DNA from: an uncultured Caldilineaceae bacterium
GTDB taxonomy: Bacteria > Chloroflexota > Anaerolineae > Caldilineales > Caldilineaceae
Length of the DNA stretch: 39,391 nucleotides
Reading direction: 5' to 3'
Assembly (NCBI GenBank): GCA_964416395.1
Contig: CAYQEB010000025.1
Coordinates: 8,571-47,961, forward strand
Below are positions 31,436 through 39,302 of this stretch, one piece after another. The first letter of the stretch is position 1. Every line of letters begins with the position of its first letter. The position numbers and the translations under genes are program-made. The notes under the pieces were generated by a model. That model was not told the origin of the DNA. It searched no databases and saw nothing but the letters and a program-made list of their open reading frames with translations.

Positions 31436-31489
31436 GGGAGGGCGGTTGGGTGACTGGGCTGTGGGTGGTTGGGATGGGCGGGCGCCGGG
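31436..31489 (+). repeat. Dense G-run tract (nine GGG runs in 54 nt) on the plus strand, filling the whole intergenic gap
   Basis: gggagggcggttgggtgactgggctgtgggtggttgggatgggcgggcgccggg between the PhaR-like stop (31490) and the patatin start (31435). The mRNA-sense strand is C-rich and lacks any SD. Confidence 0.85.
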
Positions 31490-32158
31490 CTACTTCTGGC
31501 TCTTGGCCTGGCTCTTGGCTCGCCTGGCCCTTCGTTGAGCCTTGGGGCGTTCCGTTTCGGGGCGCCCGCTGGCCCTCTTCTTCGGCTTCTCCGGCTGGAC
31601 GGCCGAGGCCTGGGCCTCCTGCGCCTGGCCGTTGCCTGGCTCCTGCTCCAGGAGGGCGGCCAGCTTGGCGCTGAGCTCCGCCACCTGCTGCTGCAGGGAG
31701 TGGATGTCCTGGCTGGTGGGGATGTTCAGGCGATGGAGGACCTGGGCCAGGTTCTCGTCGATGAAGTCGGTGGGCTCCAGGGCCTTCAGGACCGCGGCGG
31801 CCTGCTCCGCGGTGAGGAGCCCGGTGGCCACCAGGTCGGCCAGGCGCTCCTCCAGGAGGGAGGGTTTGGCCAGGGGCACGCTGCTCTGCAGGGAGCGGAT
31901 CAGGTGCTCCAGGGTGCCGCCGCCGGCCCGGATCAGGCTGGTGAGCAGGGAGCGGGGCAGGAAGCCCGAGCGCTTCTTCTCCTGCTCCAGGATGATCTGG
32001 CTCAGGGTCAGGCTGGTCAGGTCCTCTCCGGTCTCGTAGTCCACCACCTGGACGTCCTTGCCCTCCCGGATCATCTGGGCGATCTGTTCCAGGGTGACGT
32101 AGCGCTTGGCCTCGGTGTCGTAGAGCTTGCGGTTCGGGTAGCGTTTGATGAGGGGCAT
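31490..32158 (-). CDS. PhaR-like DNA-binding domain (PHB_acc_N) fused to phasin-like helical region and Lys/Arg/Ala-rich H1-like tail
   Basis: 222 aa from the ATG at 32156-32158, SD GGGAG. N-terminus IKRYPNRKLYDTEAKRYVTLEQIAQMIREGKDVQVVDYETGEDLT is the PhaR N-domain signature. C-terminal tail KPKKRASGRPETERPKAQRRARRAKSQAKSQK. Confidence 0.82.
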   Translation of the reverse strand: MPLIKRYPNRKLYDTEAKRYVTLEQIAQMIREGKDVQVVDYETGEDLTSLTLSQIILEQEKKRSGFLPRSLLTSLIRAGGGTLEHLIRSLQSSVPLAKPSLLEERLADLVATGLLTAEQAAAVLKALEPTDFIDENLAQVLHRLNIPTSQDIHSLQQQVAELSAKLAALLEQEPGNGQAQEAQASAVQPEKPKKRASGRPETERPKAQRRARRAKSQAKSQK

Positions 32159-32229
32159 GGGCAACTCCCGTGGGTCAAACCGACGAGGACGCTCCCAGGC
32201 CAGGGGATGTGACCGGGCGCTTCCCGGGC

Positions 32230-32258
32230 ATGATAGCACACGCAACGCGGCGCGTCAA
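32230..32258 (-). promoter_or_regulatory. Sigma-70-like promoter TTGACG-17-TATCAT for the PhaR-like/patatin/hydrolase unit
   Basis: The reverse complement of 32253-32258 is ttgacg and of 32230-32235 is tatcat, with a 17-nt spacer. About 70 nt upstream of the ATG at 32158. Confidence 0.55.
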
Positions 32259-32277
32259 ACCGGCTGGTTTGGTCAGG

Positions 32278-32910
32278 CTAGGCCCCGAAGCGCTCTTCTT
32301 TCCAGGGATCCCCTTCCATGTGGTAGCCGTACTGCTCCCAGAAACCGGGCCGATCGCCGGCCATGAACTCGAAGCCCCGGATCCACTTGGCGCTCTTCCA
32401 GAAATATTTCTTGGGCGCCAGCAGGCGCATGGGGTAGCCGTGCTCCGGAGAGAGGGGCTCGCCCTCGTAGAGGTAGGCCAGCATGGTCTCCTGGTCGTCC
32501 AGCACATCCAGGGCGAGGTTGGTGGTGTAGCCGTTCTCCGCGTGGACCAGGACGTGGGTGGCCTCCGGCTGGATCTGGAAATGGCGGATGAACTCCCGCC
32601 AGGGGATGCCGGTCCAGGTGGTGTCCAGCTTGCTCCACCGGGTCACGCAGTGGATGTCCACGGTGAGGGTGGTGGGGGGCATGGCCATGAGATCCTGCCA
32701 GGAGAAGCGTTTCTCCTCCGCCACCAGGCCGAAGACCCGCAGATCCCACTGGGTCAGGTCCGGGTAGCGGGGGACAGGGCCGTAGTGCAGGACCGGGAAG
32801 CGCTCGGTCAGGAACTGGCCCGGGGGCACCCGCTCTCCCTGGTCCGTTTTGGGCACATTCGTGACCCGTCTCAGCCGTTCCACTCGTTTGAAGGGGTTCT
32901 CAAATTTCAT
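32278..32910 (-). CDS. Small cytoplasmic sulfite-oxidase-fold molybdopterin-binding oxidoreductase (YuiH-like)
   Basis: 210-aa ORF with GAGGAG SD. No signal peptide. Oxidoreductase_molybdopterin-type block with conserved Cys ([12 protein letters not shown]) and [22 protein letters not shown]. Confidence 0.85.
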   Translation of the reverse strand: MKFENPFKRVERLRRVTNVPKTDQGERVPPGQFLTERFPVLHYGPVPRYPDLTQWDLRVFGLVAEEKRFSWQDLMAMPPTTLTVDIHCVTRWSKLDTTWTGIPWREFIRHFQIQPEATHVLVHAENGYTTNLALDVLDDQETMLAYLYEGEPLSPEHGYPMRLLAPKKYFWKSAKWIRGFEFMAGDRPGFWEQYGYHMEGDPWKEERFGA

Positions 32911-33703
32911 GGTTCTCTCCTCGATGGTGCTCTTCCTGGCAGGCAGGGATCTGTTTCACAAGTTGGGGCAGAACGACGCCACTGGGCCCCTGGAGGAAGA
33001 TATCCGCCAGGGATGCCATGGGGCCCTTCTCTGGGTTCACGTCGATGACCGCGGCCCCATGCTCCCGGGCCACCTGGGGCAACTGGGCCGCAGGGTAGAC
33101 CACGCCGCTGGTCCCCACCACCAGCATGGCGTGGCACTGGCTGGCCTCGTCCCAGGCCCGGATCAGGGCCTCCTGGGGCAAGGGCTCCCCGAACCAGACC
33201 ACGTCCGGCCGGATCCAGCCGTTGCAGAGGCGGCAGACCGGGGGCATCTCCGCTTCTCGGTCCCGGGGGCGGAGTTGATAGGGGGCGCCGCACTGGCTGC
33301 ACCGGAAGCGGGTGATGCGGCCGTGCAGGTGGATCACCCGCTGGCTGCCGGCCCGTTCGTGCAGGTCGTCCACGTTCTGGGTGATGAGGACAAAGTGGGG
33401 AAGGAGCTCCTCCAGCTGGGCCAGGGCCCGGTGGCCCGGGTTGGGCTCTGCCTGTTCCACCAGGGCCAGGCGGCTCATGTACCAGCGCCAAACCAGGCCA
33501 GGGTTGCGCTGGAAGCCGGCTGGGGAGGCCAGCTCCTCGGGATCGAACTGGGCCCAGAGGCCGGTCTGGGCGTCCCGGAAGGTGGGCACCCCCGACTCCG
33601 CGCTGACGCCCGCGCCTGTCAGGCTGACCACCCGGGAAGCCCGACAGAGGATCTGGGCGGCAGCGATGATGGGATCCGCGGGGGTGGGTTCGCTGTTCTC
33701 CAC
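32900..33703 (-). CDS. cobB: NAD-dependent protein deacylase, class III sirtuin
   Basis: 267 aa from the GTG at 33701-33703 (AGGTGA upstream). [27 protein letters not shown], Zn ribbon CSQC...CRLC. A Y-x-x-R element (WYMSR) aligns with the acyl-Lys pocket of SIRT5/CobB. The 3' end overlaps the next gene by 11 nt. Confidence 0.9.
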   Translation of the reverse strand: MENSEPTPADPIIAAAQILCRASRVVSLTGAGVSAESGVPTFRDAQTGLWAQFDPEELASPAGFQRNPGLVWRWYMSRLALVEQAEPNPGHRALAQLEELLPHFVLITQNVDDLHERAGSQRVIHLHGRITRFRCSQCGAPYQLRPRDREAEMPPVCRLCNGWIRPDVVWFGEPLPQEALIRAWDEASQCHAMLVVGTSGVVYPAAQLPQVAREHGAAVIDVNPEKGPMASLADIFLQGPSGVVLPQLVKQIPACQEEHHRGENHEI

Positions 33704-33756
33704 AGAGCTTCACCTGGAAAGGTTGGGGCGTGCAAGGCCCAGGCGTGGGCGTTTCC

Positions 33757-33765
33757 ATTATACCA
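33757..33765 (-). promoter_or_regulatory. Extended -10 element TGGTATAAT upstream of cobB
   Basis: The reverse complement of 33757-33765 reads tggtataat, about 55 nt upstream of the cobB GTG and just downstream of the msrQ terminator. The -35 is weak. Confidence 0.45.
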
Positions 33766-33792
33766 GGCGCGTCTGGCTTTTGACGAGAGGCG

Positions 33793-33833
33793 AAAATCCA
33801 AACAAAGGCGGCCAGGCCCGAAGGCCTGACCGC
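33793..33833 (-). terminator. Intrinsic terminator after msrQ
   Basis: The minus strand reads gcggtcaggcc-TTCG-ggcctggccgc (an 11-bp stem including one G-U pair, with a UUCG loop) followed by ctttgtttggattttcg. Confidence 0.7.
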
Positions 33834-33861
33834 TGGGACCGCTCTCTGCAAGCTTCGCAGC

Positions 33862-34611
33862 TCAGCGGAGGGTGGAGGGCACGGGCACATCCGGCCCCTC
33901 CTGTCGCCTCTCCTGGGAACGGGGACGAGGCTGGATCTTGGCTCGGTGGCGGGCCATGCTGCTCCTGGGAGCCGAAGCGGCCTTGCGTCCCAGGAGGCGC
34001 TGCCGCAGTCGGCTGGCCCGGGCCCGGACCCAGGGATGGCGTGCGATGAAGAGCAGGGTCAGGAAGATGCCCCAGGCCAGGGGACGACGGATGTCCGCCT
34101 TCACCAGCCACAGGAAGTGGAGCACAGCCAGGACTGCGGCCAGGTAGGCCCCGCGGTGCAGGGTCTTCCAGCGCTTGCCCAGGCGCTTCATCCAGCCCCG
34201 GGTGGAGGTGATGGCCAGGGGAACCAGGATGAGGAAGGCCGTGAAGCCCACCAGGGCGTAGCGTTTCTCGAAGATGGCCTCCCGCAGGAGCTGGGGGTCA
34301 AAGCCGTAGTCCAGCCCCACGAAGACCAGCAGATGCAGGCTCACGTAGAGAAAGGCGTAGAGCCCCAGGAGCTTGCGGATGGCCAGGGCCTGGCGAAAGC
34401 CGAACAGCGTGCTGGCGGGGGTGCAGGCCAGGGAGAAGATGAGCAGGGCCAGGGCCGGTCGCCCGGTGCGGAAGGTGATGTCCTGGATGGGGTTCACCGT
34501 GAGGTTGCCCCGGTAGATGTCCAGGAGCAGCAGGGCCAGGGGAAACAGCGCCACCACGTGGGTGATGCGTTTCAACCACTTGGGCGTGAGCAGGAGCTTG
34601 AGGAAGGTCAT
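33862..34611 (-). CDS. msrQ: Protein-methionine-sulfoxide reductase heme-binding membrane subunit (ferric-reductase-like TM domain) with basic C-terminal tail
   Basis: 249 aa from the ATG at 34609-34611. The N-terminus WLKRITHVVALFPLALLLLDIY...NPIQDITFRTG matches YedZ/MsrQ. Has six TM helices with conserved His residues and roughly 50 extra Arg-rich residues at the C-terminus. Confidence 0.85.
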   Translation of the reverse strand: MTFLKLLLTPKWLKRITHVVALFPLALLLLDIYRGNLTVNPIQDITFRTGRPALALLIFSLACTPASTLFGFRQALAIRKLLGLYAFLYVSLHLLVFVGLDYGFDPQLLREAIFEKRYALVGFTAFLILVPLAITSTRGWMKRLGKRWKTLHRGAYLAAVLAVLHFLWLVKADIRRPLAWGIFLTLLFIARHPWVRARASRLRQRLLGRKAASAPRSSMARHRAKIQPRPRSQERRQEGPDVPVPSTLR

Positions 34612-34769
34612 GGTGATTGGCTCGAATGGGTGTGAACTGAGACGAAAAAACACAGCAAGGCGTACAACGTGAGACACGTGGCATGTATTTCAGGTGGGTG
34701 TTCCAGGAGTTTCTCCGAAGCGACGGCCAGGGGGCTCCTGTCTGAGCGCTGCGGGCTTTCGTCCGCCGC

Positions 34770-34797
34770 CAACCCCCAACTCCCAACTCCTAACTCC
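34770..34797 (-). repeat. Four tandem heptamers (minus strand GGAGTTA GGAGTTG GGAGTTG GGGGTTG) 6 nt after the msrP TAG stop
   Basis: The plus strand reads caacccc caactcc caactcc taactcc at 34770-34797. Same unit family as the array at 28874-28915. Confidence 0.9.
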
Positions 34798-34803
34798 CGT
34801 CCT

Positions 34804-35784
34804 CTAGAAGAACTTGCTCAGGTCCATGCCTTCGTAGAGATGAGCCACCTGCTCCGCGTAGCCGTTGAAGGGCAGGGTCTTGCGTCGGCCGAACTCGCCG
34901 ATGCGTCGTTCCGTGGCCTGGGACCAGCGGGGATGGTCCACGTCCGGGTTCACGTTGGCGTAGAAGCCGTACTCGTTGGGCGCGGCGGCCATCCACAGGG
35001 AGGTGGGCTGCTCCTCCACCAGGTCGATCTTCACGATGGCCTTGATGCTCTTGAAGCCGTACTTCCAGGGCACCACCAGGCGCAAGGGGCCGCCGCTCTG
35101 GGGGGGCAGGGGTTTGCCGTAGAGGCCGGTGGCCAGGATCGCCAGATCGTTCATGGCTTCGTCCAGGCGCAGCCCTTCCACGTAGGGCCACTTGTACCAG
35201 CCGCCCTTCTGGCCGGGCATCTTGTCCGGGGCGTAGATCGCCTCGAAGCGCACGTACTTGGCCTTGGACTGGGGATCCACCTCGGCCAGGAGCTTGTGCA
35301 AGGGGAAGCCCAGCCAGGGGATGACCATGGACCAGGCCTCCACGCAGCGCAGACGGTAGATGCGCTCTTCCTCGCCGAAGAGGCGGCGCAGGTCGTCCAC
35401 GTCGAAGGTGCGGGGGTTGTTCACCAGGCCGCCCACGGTGACGGTCCAGGGCTCCGTGGGGAAGTCCTTGGCCATGCGGGCCACCTTGCGCTTGTCCGTG
35501 GTGAACTCGAAGTAGTTGTTGTAGTTGGTGATCTCCTCGTACTTGTTCAGGGGATCGCCCAGCTCGTCCGTCTCCGCGCTGGCCTGGGCCGGCATGGCGT
35601 CCTCCGAGGATGCGGCCTGGCCCTCCTCCTGCTCCCGGGCGGCGGGCGGCGCTCCGCAGGCGCTCAGGGCCAGCGCGCCCAGGGCCGCAGCGGATCCGAT
35701 CCCCACCATGAACTTGCGGCGGGAGAGATAGACATGCTCCGGGGTGATCTCGGAAGCGGGAAGTTCGTATTTGTTGCGTTTCAT
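34804..35784 (-). CDS. msrP: Protein-methionine-sulfoxide reductase catalytic subunit (periplasmic Mo enzyme, YedY type)
   Basis: 326-aa ORF with GAGGAG SD. Tat signal [26 protein letters not shown]-fold block [19 protein letters not shown] and [23 protein letters not shown]. Confidence 0.92.
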   Translation of the reverse strand: MKRNKYELPASEITPEHVYLSRRKFMVGIGSAAALGALALSACGAPPAAREQEEGQAASSEDAMPAQASAETDELGDPLNKYEEITNYNNYFEFTTDKRKVARMAKDFPTEPWTVTVGGLVNNPRTFDVDDLRRLFGEEERIYRLRCVEAWSMVIPWLGFPLHKLLAEVDPQSKAKYVRFEAIYAPDKMPGQKGGWYKWPYVEGLRLDEAMNDLAILATGLYGKPLPPQSGGPLRLVVPWKYGFKSIKAIVKIDLVEEQPTSLWMAAAPNEYGFYANVNPDVDHPRWSQATERRIGEFGRRKTLPFNGYAEQVAHLYEGMDLSKFF

Positions 35785-35928
35785 GGCGTGCTCCTCTGTG
35801 ACCGTCTACTCGTTGCGCCCTGCTCTGGGCGCATGCACCAGGGGGTTGGAGGTTTTTGTACTAGAAGTTCCTGTTCTGCTCCAGGATAGACGAAGAATGT
35901 GAACGTGAAATTAACCAGTTCTTATCGA

Positions 35929-35953
35929 AGTATTACACGCACAGTATTACACG
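35929..35953. repeat. 11-nt direct repeat AGTATTACACG x2 at 14-nt period
   Basis: Copies at 35929-35939 and 35943-35953, about 145-170 bp upstream of the msrP start in the 530-bp divergent region. Confidence 0.85.
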
Positions 35954-36168
35954 GCACAGAAACGGACGCCCCTCTTTCTCCAGGCTTCCCAGGGGATCCT
36001 CAGCGGATTTGTGGACCGTCTGGGCTCCTGTCCGGGGCTGAATTGTCCGGCGTCACGCCCGCCCGGCCCACCCGATGGGGGAAATGCGTCACTTTTCCAG
36101 GAGAAGCCACAGGCATCCCCGTGGGGGTTCCCCATTTTACCACAGGTTGGTCCGCCGTTTTCGTGATG

Positions 36169-36177
36169 TGGTATACT
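36169..36177 (+). promoter_or_regulatory. Extended -10 element TGGTATACT upstream of the DUF2231 gene
   Basis: tgg tatact at 36169-36177. Would give a leader of roughly 130 nt that contains the repeats at 36186-36233 and 36258-36285. Confidence 0.4.
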
Positions 36178-36257
36178 CGTCCCGAGTTGGCGCCGAACCT
36201 GGGTTGGCCCCGGGTTGGCGCCGAAGAAGAACGCCGGAAAGTGTCCCGTTTTTCCTG

Positions 36258-36285
36258 TTGTTTCACTCTTTTTGTTTCACTCTTT
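36258..36285 (+). repeat. Perfect 14-nt tandem duplication TTGTTTCACTCTTT x2
   Basis: Units at 36258-36271 and 36272-36285, 30 nt upstream of the DUF2231 ATG. Confidence 0.9.
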
Positions 36286-36314
36286 TTCCATCCCACACCC
36301 AGGATCCTGACGCC

Positions 36315-36809
36315 ATGCCTGTCCTGCTCCATCCGGCTACGGTCCATTTCCCCATTGCCCTGCTCATCTTCGCCAGCGCCAGCGCCCTCCTCTACCTCCA
36401 CTGGCGGCCCCTGGCAGAGCTGAAGACCCTCACCTGGTGGACCCTCTTCCCCGGCTGGCTGAGCCTGCCTGTGGCCATCATCAGTGGCATCCTGGCCCAG
36501 GGCGGCCTGCCCCCGGACGCCCCCTACCGAGGGATGCTAAACCTGCACATCACCACCGGCCTGCTCCTGTTGATCGTCTACGGGGATCTCCTCTACCGGC
36601 GCTGGCTGCACCGCTCGGGCCGGGGACGCAAGCGCCGACTTGGGCGTTCCACCCCGGAGGAGCAAGGGCCTACCGTGGACTTCCTGGACCAGCCCGGCCG
36701 CAAGTGGCTGCTCACCCTGCAGCTCCTGGTAGGGGTTCTCCTGGTGGTGGCCTCGGGCTACCTGGGGGGCGAGCTGGTCTACACCTGGGGCGTGAACGTC
36801 CAGGGCTGA
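36315..36809 (+). CDS. DUF2231-family integral membrane protein
   Basis: 164 aa from the ATG at 36315 (MPVLLHPATVHFPIALLIF is the family-typical start). Four TM helices. C-terminal GGELVYTWGVNV. Confidence 0.8.
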   Translation: MPVLLHPATVHFPIALLIFASASALLYLHWRPLAELKTLTWWTLFPGWLSLPVAIISGILAQGGLPPDAPYRGMLNLHITTGLLLLIVYGDLLYRRWLHRSGRGRKRRLGRSTPEEQGPTVDFLDQPGRKWLLTLQLLVGVLLVVASGYLGGELVYTWGVNVQG

Positions 36810-36842
36810 TCGCCCCCTCTTCCCTGGCTGTTCACCCGGTTT

Positions 36843-36898
36843 CCCTGCCCCCTCAACCCTGCCCCCTCACCCCTGCTCTTTCAACCCCTGCCTTTCGC
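36843..36898 (-). repeat. Four degenerate 14-nt tandem repeats (plus strand CCCTGCCCCCTCAA / CCCTGCCCCCTCAC / CCCTGCTCTTTCAA / CCCCTGCCTTTCGC)
   Basis: Read directly from the sequence. G-rich on the minus strand, 13 nt after the TGA stop of the GT39-like gene, in a convergent intergenic region. Confidence 0.85.
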
Positions 36899-36911
36899 CT
36901 CTCGCAGACGC

Positions 36912-38966
36912 TCACTCCACCTGCACCTGCCCGCAGGTGACCCCGTCTCGTCCCTCCTCGTCCACCCGCACCACAACAGAATACGTCCCCGGCGGCGTCA
37001 CCGGATTCATGTTCACGTCCAGCTCCGCCCGGATCACCGGACCCACCGGCCACTGGCTGGGGGGGAAGCGGTGCAAGGTGTCCTTCTCCCGCTCCAGGGA
37101 GCGACCCCAGACCCCTTCCGGCCCCAGGACCTCGGCGACCACCGGGTAGTTCGCGTCCAGGCGCGCCCGGGCCGTGAGCCAGAGGCGCAGGTGGACCCAT
37201 CCGCTGGGCGGGTGCATGGTCTCGTCCTGGGCTCGGACCCGGGGCGTCATCACCTCGCAGGCGGCCAGGACTAGGCCCGGGGCCAGCTCCTGCTCTGGGA
37301 AGGTGGCCTCGGGCCCCAGGGCGGGCAGGGCGTCGTAGCGGGTGCGCAGAGCATAGCCCGTGAGCTTGATGCCGGCGGGGAACTGCTCGGTGATCCGGGG
37401 GTAGTGCTCGTCCAGCCAACGCTCCACCAGGCCCTGGTCGTCCAGGCCGGCCAGGTGGCTCTGGGTGAGCCAGAGGGTGTGCGCGCCCAGGAAGGTCTCC
37501 ATTCCCTCCAGGGGCGGCCCGATGACCTCCTCCATCTGGTCCGGCGTCAAGGGTTGGCCGAAGAGACCGAAGATCGGCAGCTCCTCCGGGGGATAGCGCT
37601 GCTCCAGGTACCACCGCAGGGCCTGGTCCGTGTAGTTCACATGGGCCACCACGCCGCTAGGCAGGCCGGGGCTTCGATCCTGGTAGTCCGCGATGTAGTC
37701 CGCCGCGGCCCGCCAATTTTCCCGGTAGAGGGCCGGGCTCCACACCTGGGGCAGGGCCAGGAGCAGCAGGAGCAGGGCCCCGATGCTGCCCGTCCAGCCC
37801 AGGGCCGGCCAGCGCTGGGAGAGGGCCACCCCGCCCCGAGCCACAGCCCAGAGCGCGAAGGGGGCCAGGAAGAGGAAGTAGCGGTCCTCCCGGAAGACCG
37901 CCTGGTTGGTGGCCTGGAGGCCGCCGCCCAGGAGCAGGGGCAGGCCGATCCAGAGCAGGAGGAACAGCCGATCCGGCGAATCGTTCCGGGGATTCGAGCC
38001 CAGGCGCAGGAGCAGCCCGGCCAGGAGCAGCCCGGCGAAGAGGGCCAGGGCCAGGGCCTCCCAGGGGCGGGGCCACGTCACCCGCCAGAGGGTGAAGATG
38101 TCCAGCTGGCGCCACAGGGTGGAGAGGAAAGCGGCGAAGGCCCGGCCCGGCGTGCTTTCCCGGCCGTTGACCGCCCAGGCGTTCAGGGCCAGGGGCAGAA
38201 AGAGCCCCCCGGTGATGGCCAGAGCCAGCACCCCTTCCCCCAGGCGGGGCCAATCGAAACCGGGCCCCTGCCCTTTCCTCGGACGGCGAACCAGGGCCAG
38301 CAGAGCCAACCCGGCGGCCGGCAGGGCCAAGGCGCTGAACAGATAGCTGTAGAGGGCGTACTCGAAAGCCAGGACCAGGGCCAGCCAGTCCAGCCAGCGG
38401 CGGCTGGCCCGTTCGCGTCCAGGGGCGGTGGCCAGGAAGTAGGCGGCCCAGACCAGGCCCAGGGTGGCTGGCTGGAACATGCGCAGCTCCTGGCTGTACC
38501 AGACCAGGGCCGGGCTGAGGGCGGCCAGACTCCCGGCCAGCAGGCTTGTGGGGCGCCCGCTCAGCCGCCGGGCCAGGAGGAGCAGGCCCAGGACCGTCAA
38601 CACCCCCAGGATGGCCCCCAGGCTACGCAGGGCGGCATCGTTCCGGTCCAGCCCGATCGGCTCCAGGAGCTGTTGCCAGAAGTGGAGGGCCAGGTAGTAG
38701 GCGGGCGGATGCTTGTCCTCCACCAAGGGGAAGGTGCTGCGCCAGATGGTGGCCGGGTCCTTGGCCGCCCAGCCCAGGGAGACCGCCTCGTCGAACCAGA
38801 AGCTGTGGAGCCCAAGTCGCCAGAAGCGGGTCAGCCCGGCCAGGGCCAGGACCAGGAGCTCCGGCAGCCAGGCATGGACCATCCGGAGCCATGTCCGGGG
38901 CCCGATGGGGTTCCCGGCGACGGGAAGGGGCTGGGCTGCGGGTGAAGGGGTGGTTGGGCTGTCCAT
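36912..38966 (-). CDS. GT39/GT83 (PMT_2, ArnT-like) GT-C membrane glycosyltransferase with soluble C-terminal domain
   Basis: About 684 aa from the ATG at 38964-38966 (the start is uncertain; the track ORF extends to 39098). First-loop motif LHSFWFDEAVS. More than 10 TM helices, then a C-terminal non-membrane domain of roughly 230 aa. Confidence 0.82.
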   Translation of the reverse strand: MDSPTTPSPAAQPLPVAGNPIGPRTWLRMVHAWLPELLVLALAGLTRFWRLGLHSFWFDEAVSLGWAAKDPATIWRSTFPLVEDKHPPAYYLALHFWQQLLEPIGLDRNDAALRSLGAILGVLTVLGLLLLARRLSGRPTSLLAGSLAALSPALVWYSQELRMFQPATLGLVWAAYFLATAPGRERASRRWLDWLALVLAFEYALYSYLFSALALPAAGLALLALVRRPRKGQGPGFDWPRLGEGVLALAITGGLFLPLALNAWAVNGRESTPGRAFAAFLSTLWRQLDIFTLWRVTWPRPWEALALALFAGLLLAGLLLRLGSNPRNDSPDRLFLLLWIGLPLLLGGGLQATNQAVFREDRYFLFLAPFALWAVARGGVALSQRWPALGWTGSIGALLLLLLALPQVWSPALYRENWRAAADYIADYQDRSPGLPSGVVAHVNYTDQALRWYLEQRYPPEELPIFGLFGQPLTPDQMEEVIGPPLEGMETFLGAHTLWLTQSHLAGLDDQGLVERWLDEHYPRITEQFPAGIKLTGYALRTRYDALPALGPEATFPEQELAPGLVLAACEVMTPRVRAQDETMHPPSGWVHLRLWLTARARLDANYPVVAEVLGPEGVWGRSLEREKDTLHRFPPSQWPVGPVIRAELDVNMNPVTPPGTYSVVVRVDEEGRDGVTCGQVQVE

Positions 38967-39252
38967 GCAGGGGATTGTAGTGGGCGGCCCCGGTTCCGTC
39001 AAAACCGGCTCGGTCCAGGCGTGGGACGCCAGGCCGTGCCGCCGGGGCCAGGACCGCACGCCAGAGGGCGGCGGTGATTGGTGGCCTGAATTGGGCAAAA
39101 TTCCCCCTGTGTTCTCTCAAACGGGCGGCCGAGGAACGAAGAAGGAAGGCGGCGACCGCCCGGACACGGCTGTTCGGTGGCTACCTAGCGGCTGTGGATC
39201 TTTCACCGGCCTCCGCCCAAAGAACCCCGATCGACAGCGATTCTATTCAGCG

Positions 39253-39277
39253 ATCCGAATCAACGAATCCGAATCAA
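39253..39277 (+). repeat. 11-nt direct repeat ATCCGAATCAA x2 at 14-nt period
   Basis: Copies at 39253-39263 and 39267-39277, 26 nt upstream of the ATG at 39303. Confidence 0.85.
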
Positions 39278-39302
39278 TGAAGCAGAAGTGGAGGATGTAA
39301 CA

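Noticed and set aside
30134-33703. SIR2-domain protein and patatin-like phospholipase near each other, considered as a possible anti-phage defence island (Thoeris/CBASS-like effectors)
   Set aside because: The sirtuin is a compact canonical class III CobB with a Zn ribbon and Y-x-x-R acyl pocket, and has no fused sensor domain. The patatin gene has no cyclase, TIR, STING or HerA partner and instead follows a PhaR-like gene. The two lie in different transcription units, and no mobile-element or island boundaries are visible.
35899-36423. ORFs inside the msrP/DUF2231 intergenic region (35899..36423 +, 35947..36135 -, 36000..36401 -) as candidate small proteins
   Set aside because: No SD, no recognisable motifs, mutually overlapping frames, and composition typical of non-coding GC-rich DNA. 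Treated as a regulatory region instead.
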